A stretch of DNA of 54,229 nucleotides from positions 1 through 54,229 of the forward strand of contig JANPJS010000069.1 in assembly GCA_031425655.1 (NCBI GenBank), given 5' to 3'. The notes under the pieces are model-generated. The model searched no databases. It worked only from the letters and a program-made list of their open reading frames with translations, and was not told the origin of the DNA. Source of the stretch: Abditibacteriaceae bacterium (lineage in GTDB: Bacteria; Armatimonadota; Abditibacteriia; Abditibacteriales; Abditibacteriaceae). Below are positions 11,089 through 19,611 of the stretch, in pieces (within the stretch, counting starts at the first letter, position 1; each line of letters starts with the position of its first letter). A program made the translations under genes and the position numbers.

Positions 11089-13125
11089 TTAAGCCGCCGG
11101 AATCGCTTTCAAAGCCTCGTTCGCTTGTTTCAGCGTGTTTTCGTCCTTCGAGGTGGCGACGATTTTATCCAGCGCGGCTCTGGCTTCGACGGGATTTTTG
11201 CCGGCGATGCTGCGCGCGATGCCGATAGCCGCTAAAGCCGCTTCGTTACGCACGTTTTCGTCGTCGAGCAGCGGCGTAATGAGCGCCAACGATTGCGGTG
11301 TATTGGTTTTCGACAGGCCGGAGATAATCGTCCTTCGCTCTTGCGCTTCGGTGGCGATTTTCAGTGCCGGCTCGTAAAGTTCCACGGCGTTCGCGCCGCC
11401 TTGCACGCGCCCTTCGGCCAAGCGCAAATAGCCGCGCAACGAGAGAATTTGATGCACTTTTCCGGGGCCATTGGCGGCGAGACCCAGCAAATCTTTCATG
11501 GCGCCGGCGTCGGGCGTGACGGCTAAAGCGCGAATCGCCGCGTCCTGAATTTTCGCGTCGGCGTTGTTTACATCAGCGCGCAGCGCGTTCAGCGCCGCGC
11601 CGCCGCCCTGCGCGCCCAGCACTTTCAAAATCGAAACGCGATTTTCAAACGGCGCGGCGGGTAGGGCAGCGACAAGCGCAGCGGTGCGGTCGGCTTCGGA
11701 AGGCACTAACTTCGCTAAGCGCGTGACGAGATTTTCGGCAACTCCGCGCTGTCCGTTATTTTTCATAGAGAGCAGCACGCCGACGGCAGAAGCGTAATCG
11801 GCGGCGCCCGCGACTTCGCCCAGAGCGCTGAGCGCATTGTCCTGCGAAGTCGAGGTGTCGTCAGCAGCGATTTTGAAAAGCAGCGGACGCGCGCTCATCG
11901 TGTAACGCTGGCCCAGAGCGTAAACCAATTCGCGGCGCACAGTCGGTTCGGCATCGGGAATCGCGGCCATAATCGCGTCGTCCAGAGCCGCGCCGCGCAT
12001 TCCATAAAGGCCGGTGCGCGCCGCCTCGCTTTCGGCGTTGTTGTTGCGTGCGATGACTTTGGCCAGCAACAGTGCGATATTGGCGTTGGCCTGCGCATCG
12101 GCGCCGGCTTGCAGCGATGCGAAAGCGCGCATCGCGGCGCTGCGAATATCTACGTCCGGCGAAGCCGACGCGCGCAGCAAAACCGGCCCCATCGCCGGAT
12201 CGTTGCGCTCAGCGAGGGCACTGAGCAAAAGTGCCTGACCGGGCGCGGGCAGTTTTTCGACTTCGGCGGACAACTGTTTTGTCGGAGCGCCCGAAACGCG
12301 CACGAAGCGCGCGGCGACGGCGCGCAAATCGGCATCATCGCCGCGCAGCAGTTCCAAAATCAACGGTGCAGATTGCATTACATCGTTGTTCAGCAAGCCG
12401 CGCGCAGATGCCATGCGCGCCGGCATCGGGGCGGCTTTGTCGGCTAAAATCGGACGATAAATCGCCTGCGCTTCTTTCAAGCCGCCTTTGCGAGGGAGCG
12501 CTTGGTCGGCGGCAATAAGCAGCGCCTGATAAACCGGCAAGCTTTTGTTCGGCATCGCTTGCACTTGCAGTGCGAAGACAGCCTCGCGCGTGCCGATTTT
12601 GCCCAGCGCGGCGACAGCAGCACTGGCCACATCGACATCAATATTCTTTGCCAATGGCGACAGCATCTTCGCTGCTGCGGCATCGCGGCGTTCGCCCAAC
12701 GAGTTGATGATGCCAATGAGCGCTTTGCCTTTGGCAGCAGGCAAAGCGGCGCGTAATGCGGCACCCGCAGATGGATCACGATTCTGTTCCAATGCAAAGC
12801 GCGCGACGTTGCCGAGCTTTTCGTCGGCCAGCCATTTAGCGAGGGCCGGAACCGAGCGCGCCGTGCCGACAACGCGCAGCATTCGTCCGATTTCTTCGTG
12901 CGCCGCGTAAGTCGTGGCCGGGTCTTGCAAAGCCGTCAGCAAATGCGTTTCGATGTCGCTCATCGTCGCGGCATCGGCGCCGCGAATCATAGCGTTGATG
13001 GCCTCGACCGGCTTGCGATTCTGGAAATCGTAAGTTTTCAGGGCTTGAAACGGCGCTTCGTCCACGGCAGCGAAAGTGGGCGCGGCGAAGAGCAGCGCGG
13101 AAATGAGGAGATATTTTGGTTTCAT
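11089..13125 (-). CDS. Secreted HEAT-repeat protein
   Basis: 678 aa. Sec signal peptide (MKPKYLLISALLFAAPTFA). Repeated 'A..ALG.IG...A...L' and 'D..VR..A..AL' helical units. Confidence 0.85.
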   Translation of the reverse strand: MKPKYLLISALLFAAPTFAAVDEAPFQALKTYDFQNRKPVEAINAMIRGADAATMSDIETHLLTALQDPATTYAAHEEIGRMLRVVGTARSVPALAKWLADEKLGNVARFALEQNRDPSAGAALRAALPAAKGKALIGIINSLGERRDAAAAKMLSPLAKNIDVDVASAAVAALGKIGTREAVFALQVQAMPNKSLPVYQALLIAADQALPRKGGLKEAQAIYRPILADKAAPMPARMASARGLLNNDVMQSAPLILELLRGDDADLRAVAARFVRVSGAPTKQLSAEVEKLPAPGQALLLSALAERNDPAMGPVLLRASASPDVDIRSAAMRAFASLQAGADAQANANIALLLAKVIARNNNAESEAARTGLYGMRGAALDDAIMAAIPDAEPTVRRELVYALGQRYTMSARPLLFKIAADDTSTSQDNALSALGEVAGAADYASAVGVLLSMKNNGQRGVAENLVTRLAKLVPSEADRTAALVAALPAAPFENRVSILKVLGAQGGGAALNALRADVNNADAKIQDAAIRALAVTPDAGAMKDLLGLAANGPGKVHQILSLRGYLRLAEGRVQGGANAVELYEPALKIATEAQERRTIISGLSKTNTPQSLALITPLLDDENVRNEAALAAIGIARSIAGKNPVEARAALDKIVATSKDENTLKQANEALKAIPAA

Positions 13126-13134
13126 GGTTCAGCT

Positions 13135-13245
13135 TTCAATTGAACACGGGTTTTCACGGAAACGGCCACGGATTTTTGGATTGATCTGTGAAAACCCGTG
13201 TCGTTTCGGGTGCCCTCTGGGCAGGTAAACCCGTATGCCATTCAA
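13135..13245. repeat. Degenerate palindromic intergenic repeat (family A relative)
   Basis: AACACGGGTTTTCACGGAAACGGCCACGGATTT parallels 10946-10981. ACACGGGTTTTCAC / GTGAAAACCCGTGT inverted repeat. Ends in CCATTCAAA like the other copies. Confidence 0.75.
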
Positions 13246-13253
13246 ATTCAATC

Positions 13254-14546
13254 TCACAGATGCCACGGCGCGCGATAGGCCGAGGCTAACATCCGCGAAG
13301 CGGTCGGATCGCCGATAATTTCCTCGGTGTCGGGATTCCACTTGATTTTGCGGCCCAAAAGCATGGCGATCTGGCCTAAATGCCCAACCGAGGCCGAGCG
13401 ATGTGCGGCTTCCGCCGGAGTAATGGTCGTCTGGCGCGTTTTCACGCAGTCAATGAATTGGCGATGGTGGCCCGGCGTGCGCATCAGTTGAATCTCGTTG
13501 GGGCCGATTTTTTCAAGGAGCAGGCTGGCCGGATTCGCTTCCAGTCCGCCTCTGTCCACCCAGACCCAGTTACCGTTTTCGCCGATCCATTTGGTGCCGC
13601 TGCGAATGCCTTTATTGCCGCCGTTGGCGACGTGCATTTCGGTGCCGTTTTTGTATTTGGCCACGAAGTGATATTGCGTGGCGGCGTCCCAGATGCCCTC
13701 GTCGGGATAATTGGCGGTTCCTTCGACTTCGACGGGGCCGGTTTCATCCCAGCCCATGCCCCAGTGCGCGATGTCGGCGTGATGTCCGATCCAGTCCATC
13801 ATCTGGCCGCCGCCGTAATTGAGCTGCCAGCGCCAGTTCCAGTGCGCGCGTTTGTCGGAGTAAGGCGCCCACGGCGACGGGCCAATCCACATATCGTAAT
13901 CGAGTTCAGGAGGCGGCTCGGTAAATTTCACCGGGCCGGAGCCGCCGCCGCCGGGCAAGCCGACTTCGATTTTCACCACTTTGCCGATGCGACCATTACG
14001 CACCAACTCGCAGGCGATGCGGAACTCGCGGCCTGAACGCTGCCAGCTTCCGGTTTGCCAGATGCGGCCATAATCCCTGACCGCGTTGGCCATGGCGCGG
14101 CCTTCAGCGAGGCAATGCGAAATCGGCTTTTCGCCGTAAATGTCCAATCCGGCCCGCGCCGACATAATGGCCGGAATCGCGTGCCAGTGATCGGGCGTAG
14201 CTAAGGAAATCGCGTCGAGGTCGGTGCGCGCCAGCAGTTCACGAAAGTCGGCGTAAGTCGCGCAATCGGTGTTGTTGTAGCGCCCGTCCACGGTGTTTTT
14301 AGCGTTTTTGACATGGTTTTTGTCCACATCGCAAACGGCGACGACTTGCACGTCGGACATTCCCAAAAAGCTGTTCATGTTGCCCGAACCCATGCCGCCC
14401 ACGCCGATACAGCCCATCACGATGCGATTGCCGGCTGCCGGGCGCGCGGCATCGGCTTTCACCCAACTGATGCCGGCATAGGGCGCCGCTGCGAGCGCCG
14501 CCGCGCCGCCTAAAAAACGCCGTCTGGATACACGATTGTCTGTCAT
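13254..14546 (-). CDS. Tat-exported Gfo/Idh/MocA family oxidoreductase
   Basis: 430 aa. Tat motif SRRRFL, Rossmann GVGGMG, ATPDHWH, EKP, WRW..YGGGQMMDWIGH. RBS AGGAG. Confidence 0.92.
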   Translation of the reverse strand: MTDNRVSRRRFLGGAAALAAAPYAGISWVKADAARPAAGNRIVMGCIGVGGMGSGNMNSFLGMSDVQVVAVCDVDKNHVKNAKNTVDGRYNNTDCATYADFRELLARTDLDAISLATPDHWHAIPAIMSARAGLDIYGEKPISHCLAEGRAMANAVRDYGRIWQTGSWQRSGREFRIACELVRNGRIGKVVKIEVGLPGGGGSGPVKFTEPPPELDYDMWIGPSPWAPYSDKRAHWNWRWQLNYGGGQMMDWIGHHADIAHWGMGWDETGPVEVEGTANYPDEGIWDAATQYHFVAKYKNGTEMHVANGGNKGIRSGTKWIGENGNWVWVDRGGLEANPASLLLEKIGPNEIQLMRTPGHHRQFIDCVKTRQTTITPAEAAHRSASVGHLGQIAMLLGRKIKWNPDTEEIIGDPTASRMLASAYRAPWHL

Positions 14547-14706
14547 GGCTTCTCCTGATTGGAACGAATGTCTAAAATCCGGCTATGCAAGTAGGTGAGA
14601 AAATCCGAAGGAAGGCATCGGAATGCGAGATTTGAACAACGAAATCCACGCGCTACCAGCATTTTTCTGATGAGTTGTGATTGGCAATGCCAAAAGGATA
14701 GAGAGA

Positions 14707-15588
14707 TCACGGCTTGTTTGCGCTAGTCGGCTCGACATCGTGTTCTTTGATGTAGGCAGCGCGGTCTTTGGCGAAATCATCGGCTTGGTTTTCTTCGATG
14801 ATTTGCACATCTCGCATTCGTCCCAGATAATCCTTTGCGCGAGTATAAGCCGTTTTGTTCGCTTCCAGAGTCGGGGCACCTAACAACAAATAAATTCGGG
14901 AGACTTCGGGAGTTTCAGACAACGCTACGCTATAACCCGCATATTTTGCCGCTTTTTCGGCGATGCTCTGGCTCCGCAGCAAATCGAAGCTCAAGGGCTG
15001 CAAAATGTGAATTCGCTCATTCTTAAAGGTATGATCGAATTTCAATTCAAACGCGCTGGTTTGAATCGTCCGGCGCTGCAAATACTTCGTAACGGCAGCG
15101 CGATTGAGTGCTCCCTCGTAAGAGTGCCACACTTCTTCATCGTTGCGACGATCCTCCCCATGCTTTTCGGGACGTTGAGCGGCCACCATTCTTTCAAAAA
15201 TCTCAAGGGTAACGGTTCGCAGATCGTGAGTCACGCCGGCTAACAAAGGCGAGGTTTGAAAGCTCAAATCATTATCAGGCCAGATGTAACGACAAACGGC
15301 CAAAGCATCCGCGGGAAGTCGCGCAGCACGCAGTAGCCTCTGCTGCTCTTGTAAGAGTGTGCTTTTAATATGCTCAACCTGCGCCTCAAACTGAAGCAAA
15401 ACTTTTTTGAAGTGTTCTCCATCGAAGCCGGCGAACAGGTCGGAAAACGCTCCATAACGGTGTTCGATTTTTACCGATAAAAAGCGGGCCTGTGACGAAT
15501 AAACGACCACGCCCACGTTGATCGCCTCGCCCGCTACGGGATCATGCACGTAGCGAAGCACACAATATGTATAAGGAATCAATTCCAT
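14707..15588 (-). CDS. DUF3037 domain-containing protein
   Basis: 293 aa. N-terminal Y.YCVLRYVHDPVAGEAINVGVV is characteristic of DUF3037. C-terminal KFDHTFKN..IHILQPLSFD region. Overlaps the upstream kinase by 10 bp. Confidence 0.82.
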   Translation of the reverse strand: MELIPYTYCVLRYVHDPVAGEAINVGVVVYSSQARFLSVKIEHRYGAFSDLFAGFDGEHFKKVLLQFEAQVEHIKSTLLQEQQRLLRAARLPADALAVCRYIWPDNDLSFQTSPLLAGVTHDLRTVTLEIFERMVAAQRPEKHGEDRRNDEEVWHSYEGALNRAAVTKYLQRRTIQTSAFELKFDHTFKNERIHILQPLSFDLLRSQSIAEKAAKYAGYSVALSETPEVSRIYLLLGAPTLEANKTAYTRAKDYLGRMRDVQIIEENQADDFAKDRAAYIKEHDVEPTSANKP

Positions 15589-16442
15589 AAATCACCCGCC
15601 TGCTTTTCGATTTGGCTGAGACACGCCGACAGTTCAAGAGTAAGACGCTTTGCGTTATCACTTACATCCATCAGGTGATTAACCACCTTTTCCGCAGAGG
15701 CACGCCATTCTTCGGGAATACCTTTAATCAATTCTTCGAGACGCCGCTCGTTGAGATTTTCAACACTGGCTGCGAATTCTGACCAGTCCGGCGATTCTTT
15801 GAATAACACAGCCTGAAATAAATGGCGTGGTGCAATGTTCTGTTTGGAGAATTCCCACGGTTTTCCCAGCCGCACCACCTCGTAGACAAACCCGAAGGCA
15901 AGCTCAAAGTCAAAAGCCACTATGTTGTGACCGTCGAAAGCGCAATTTGGTTTGTCCGGGCGACGATCTCCATTTTGTATCAGCAAATCAAAAGCATAAA
16001 TGGCCACGGCTTGCTTGAGAAGTTCAGGCCTCCAATGAGTGCTGAGCGAGAAATTCGCCAAGCCCGCGGACAAATATTCGCTGCCGACACCAAATCCTGG
16101 GCGCAACTTAATGCCGTGATGAGCCACCACAGGATTAACAGATTGAACGAACGCCGGTGTCAGGAGAATCAGCGCCGGCGCCGGAGTGACAATCCCGAAA
16201 TCACGGGCAAGCAGATTACCGAACACTTCGAAAAACAACGATGTTTCTCGAACCTCAGGATGCCCCAAGCTTTTGAGAACAAAAGATTTGGGTGCTGGCC
16301 CAGTCTCGCCGCCTTGAACATCAGCGATTAGACCACGCTCATTTTGTAGATGGTAATTCGCAACGCACCGAGCCACAATTGGCTTTGTGCGACCTGATTC
16401 CAATGCTTTTTCAAAGCTTCGGGCTTCCCAAATCTCCAGCAT
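15579..16442 (-). CDS. HipA-like (HipA_2 / PI3-4 kinase-like) protein kinase
   Basis: SGRTKP loop, FVLK lysine, E...LA..FGI.TP, catalytic FDLLIQNGDRRPDKPN and AFDFELAF. Start ATG 16442, alternatively GTG 16469. Confidence 0.85.
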   Translation of the reverse strand: MLEIWEARSFEKALESGRTKPIVARCVANYHLQNERGLIADVQGGETGPAPKSFVLKSLGHPEVRETSLFFEVFGNLLARDFGIVTPAPALILLTPAFVQSVNPVVAHHGIKLRPGFGVGSEYLSAGLANFSLSTHWRPELLKQAVAIYAFDLLIQNGDRRPDKPNCAFDGHNIVAFDFELAFGFVYEVVRLGKPWEFSKQNIAPRHLFQAVLFKESPDWSEFAASVENLNERRLEELIKGIPEEWRASAEKVVNHLMDVSDNAKRLTLELSACLSQIEKQAGDLWN

Positions 16443-16653
16443 TTCGCTTCTTTCGTGACCCGGCACCAACGCTTTTTGCGTCAGCGCCTACCTTGCGTGC
16501 AAGTCCTAATATATTTTGTTCCCGAAGCCGCATGGCTTCTCCTGACCGCGCGGATTTTCAGATGCCCGCGCCGGCTTCGCTATTATTCTATCTGCGCTCT
16601 TAGGATAATAAAAAGCACTCCTAAGTTTCGGGCATTCGCCGAACGCAAATACA

Positions 16654-19344
16654 ATGACTCGTTCCAATCCCGTTTACCTCACGATGCTCCGCAATGTGGT
16701 GCGCTTGACGAGTGCCGCCGTTATCACGGTCGCCGCTCTGGTGCTTTTGGGCTGGGTGCTGCATAACGAAACTCTCAAGCGCATCGTGCCGGGCATCGTG
16801 GCCATGAATCCGGTGACGGCGCTCAATTTCATCATGGCGGCGGTCGCTCTACGCTTGTTGGAAGCGCCAACGGACGGCGCGGCGAAAACGGACGGCGCGG
16901 CGAACGCGGCGCAGCGCAGCATGGCGCAACGCAGCGTGGCGCGCATTTTGGCGTCGTGCGTGGCCTTAATTGGACTGCTTTGCTTCGGCGCGATTCTTTT
17001 GCAGCGGCCCGGTATAGACCAATGGCTTTTTCACGATCAGTTGGGTATCGGCTCCACGATTCCCAACCGCATGGCGCCCAATACCGCCATGAATTTCATC
17101 TTCATCGGCCTCTCGCTTTTGCTGATTGATGTCGAAACCCGCAAAGGCGCGCGGCCTTCGCAATTTGTGGCGCTGGCGGTCGCGCTCATCGCTTTGTTAG
17201 CCGCCATTGGTTATCTTTACGGCGCCGTTTCGTTTTATCAGGTCGGAAAAACCTATATTCCGATGGCCGTGCATACCGCCACGAATTTCCTGATGCTGGC
17301 GACGGGAATTCTCTGCGCCCGCCCGGATAAAGGACTGGCGGCGCGCTTCACCAGCGACGGCGCCGGCGGCATCATGGTGCGGCGGATGCTGATTTTCATC
17401 ATCGGCATCCCGATTACGTTGGGCGGCCTGATTATCACTTTGCAAAAGGCCGAGCTTTACGATCCGACCTTTCGTTTTGCGGTTTATGTGGTGCTGATCA
17501 TGGTGTTTTTCTCGATCATGGTCTGGAACAACGCCACTTCGCTCGACCGCAAGGAAAGCGAGCGTGACCGCGCCGAGGAAGCCTTGCGTCGCGCGCACGA
17601 TGAACTGGAAACGCGCGTGCAGGAGCGCACGGCGGAACTGGCAACCGCCAACACTTCGCTTGTAGCCGAAGTTAAGGAGCGCCAGCGCGCCGAAGTGGAA
17701 TTACAGCAGGCGCACGACCAATTGGAAGTGCGCGTGCAGCAGCGCACGGCAGAACTGGCGACGGCCAACGATTCCCTACAAAGCGAAATCGTCGAGCGCA
17801 AACGCGCCGAAGAGCAAGCCCAGCAAGCGCGCCAACTCGCCGAAACCGCAACGCAAGTCAAAAGCGAATTTTTGGCGAACATGAGCCACGAATTGCGCAC
17901 ACCTTTGAACGCCATCATCGGATTTTCGGAGATTTTAGAAGACCAGACTTTCGGCGAACTTAACCCGCGCCAGACCAAATACGTGTCGAACGTGCTGACC
18001 AGCGGACGCCATTTGTTGCAGCTTATCAACGATATTCTCGATCTGGCCAAAATCGAAGCGGGCCGCCTCGATTTGGACGCGCAGCCGTTTGCTGTCAGCA
18101 GCGCCTTGCAGGATGTCGCTACTATCGTGAAAACGCTGGCGAACAAGAAAAACGTGCAGTTGCACGTCGAAACGCCGTCGGAGCTGCCGGCATTGACCGC
18201 CGATCAGCCGAAATTCAAGCAAATTCTCTACAATTTGCTTTCCAACGCCATCAAATTCACGCCCGAAGGCGGCACCGTCATTCTTAAAGCCGAAATAGAA
18301 AGCGGGGCGTTGATGCGTATCGCCGTGTCCGATACCGGCATCGGCATCAAAGCCGAGGATCAAGAGCGCGTTTTCGGCGAATTCGAGCAGGTGGATTCTT
18401 CGTATGGCCGCCAGCAGCAGGGCACCGGATTAGGGCTGGCCTTAACCAAGCGTCTGGTGGAATTGCACGGCGGGCGCATCTGGGTGGAAAGCGAGGGCAT
18501 CGAAGGCAAAGGCTCAACTTTTGTTTTCACGCTGCCGGTGGACGGCCCGGCGGCACAGTCGCAATTGCCTGAAGCCTTATATTACGGCGCGATAGCAGAT
18601 TCCGAGTCGCGGCCTTTGGTTCTCATCGTCGAGGACAACGCGCAGGCCAGCGAGTTATTGACCCTTTATTTGGCGGATTCGGGCTATCGCATTGCGTGCG
18701 CTTACGACGGCGCGCAAGCCTTGCAAATGGCCGACGAACTCAAGCCCGATGTCATTACTTTAGATGTCATGCTGCCGCAAAAAGACGGCTGGGAAGTGCT
18801 GGCCACGCTCAAATCGGCCTCAGCCACCCAAAACGTGCCGATTATCATGGTTTCCATGACCGAAGATCGCCAATTAGCCTTCAGTTTGGGCGCCATCGGC
18901 TTTCTCACCAAGCCTGTGGACAAAAACCAACTCACGCAAGCAGTCGGCAAAGCCATAGTCGGGAAATCGGCGCCGACGGTGCTGGTGGTAGACGATGAAT
19001 CCACAACGGTCGAAATGCTCGGCGACGTGCTGCGCCATCAGGGTTGTCGGGTGTTGCAGGCTTCGGGTGGCCAGCAAGCAATTGATTTAGCTATCGCGCA
19101 TCTTCCCGATGTGATGGTGCTTGATTTGATGATGCCGGACGTGACCGGCTTCGACGTAGTGCGCCAGTTGCGTGAGCATCCCCAGGCCAAAGAAATTCCG
19201 ATTCTCGTCTTCACCGCCAAAGACATCACCGACGAAGATCGTCAGCGTTTGAATAACGGAATTCAATCCATTATCGGCAAAGGCGGCAAAGAAGAATTGA
19301 TGAGCGCCTTAGCCGCGCTGTCTTTAACCAAACGCGACGTGTAG
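16654..19344 (+). CDS. Hybrid sensor histidine kinase with multi-TM sensor (HisKA-HATPase-REC-REC)
   Basis: 896 aa. About 8 hydrophobic segments (MNPVTA, RMAPNTA, MAVHTA repeats), duplicated coiled-coil linker, [10 protein letters not shown], two REC domains. Confidence 0.93.
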   Translation: MTRSNPVYLTMLRNVVRLTSAAVITVAALVLLGWVLHNETLKRIVPGIVAMNPVTALNFIMAAVALRLLEAPTDGAAKTDGAANAAQRSMAQRSVARILASCVALIGLLCFGAILLQRPGIDQWLFHDQLGIGSTIPNRMAPNTAMNFIFIGLSLLLIDVETRKGARPSQFVALAVALIALLAAIGYLYGAVSFYQVGKTYIPMAVHTATNFLMLATGILCARPDKGLAARFTSDGAGGIMVRRMLIFIIGIPITLGGLIITLQKAELYDPTFRFAVYVVLIMVFFSIMVWNNATSLDRKESERDRAEEALRRAHDELETRVQERTAELATANTSLVAEVKERQRAEVELQQAHDQLEVRVQQRTAELATANDSLQSEIVERKRAEEQAQQARQLAETATQVKSEFLANMSHELRTPLNAIIGFSEILEDQTFGELNPRQTKYVSNVLTSGRHLLQLINDILDLAKIEAGRLDLDAQPFAVSSALQDVATIVKTLANKKNVQLHVETPSELPALTADQPKFKQILYNLLSNAIKFTPEGGTVILKAEIESGALMRIAVSDTGIGIKAEDQERVFGEFEQVDSSYGRQQQGTGLGLALTKRLVELHGGRIWVESEGIEGKGSTFVFTLPVDGPAAQSQLPEALYYGAIADSESRPLVLIVEDNAQASELLTLYLADSGYRIACAYDGAQALQMADELKPDVITLDVMLPQKDGWEVLATLKSASATQNVPIIMVSMTEDRQLAFSLGAIGFLTKPVDKNQLTQAVGKAIVGKSAPTVLVVDDESTTVEMLGDVLRHQGCRVLQASGGQQAIDLAIAHLPDVMVLDLMMPDVTGFDVVRQLREHPQAKEIPILVFTAKDITDEDRQRLNNGIQSIIGKGGKEELMSALAALSLTKRDV

Positions 19345-19611
19345 TGACATAATTCCTGCTCTTCTCTCCGGTGTCGCGCGGCGTAAGCTCAAAAGCTGAT
19401 GCAGTGGGCGCTGTGCGCATTGGCAGTTCAATATCTGCTTTTAAGGCCTTGCTGAGTGCGACATCTGATAGCAATTGCCTTGAAACGAAGCGGCGACATG
19501 GGCTAACATCAATGTGAGATGGTTTAAATTCTGTGAGGACAAAAGCCGAGCGGGCACCTCTATAAATATGCAAGAAAACCTGTCTCAAAAGGCACCGCGC
19601 CACACAATCTG

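Larger units (their letters stand above)
14544..16545. mobile_element. ~2-kb islet (HipA-like kinase + DUF3037) bounded by a 15-bp direct repeat
   Basis: Exact CATGGCTTCTCCTGA at 14544-14558 and 16531-16545. Interior visibly more AT-rich than the flanks. No recombinase gene inside. Confidence 0.6.

Noticed and set aside
14583..14879. 98-aa ORF overlapping the DUF3037 3' end as a third cassette gene
   Set aside because: Large same-strand out-of-frame overlap and no recognisable motif.
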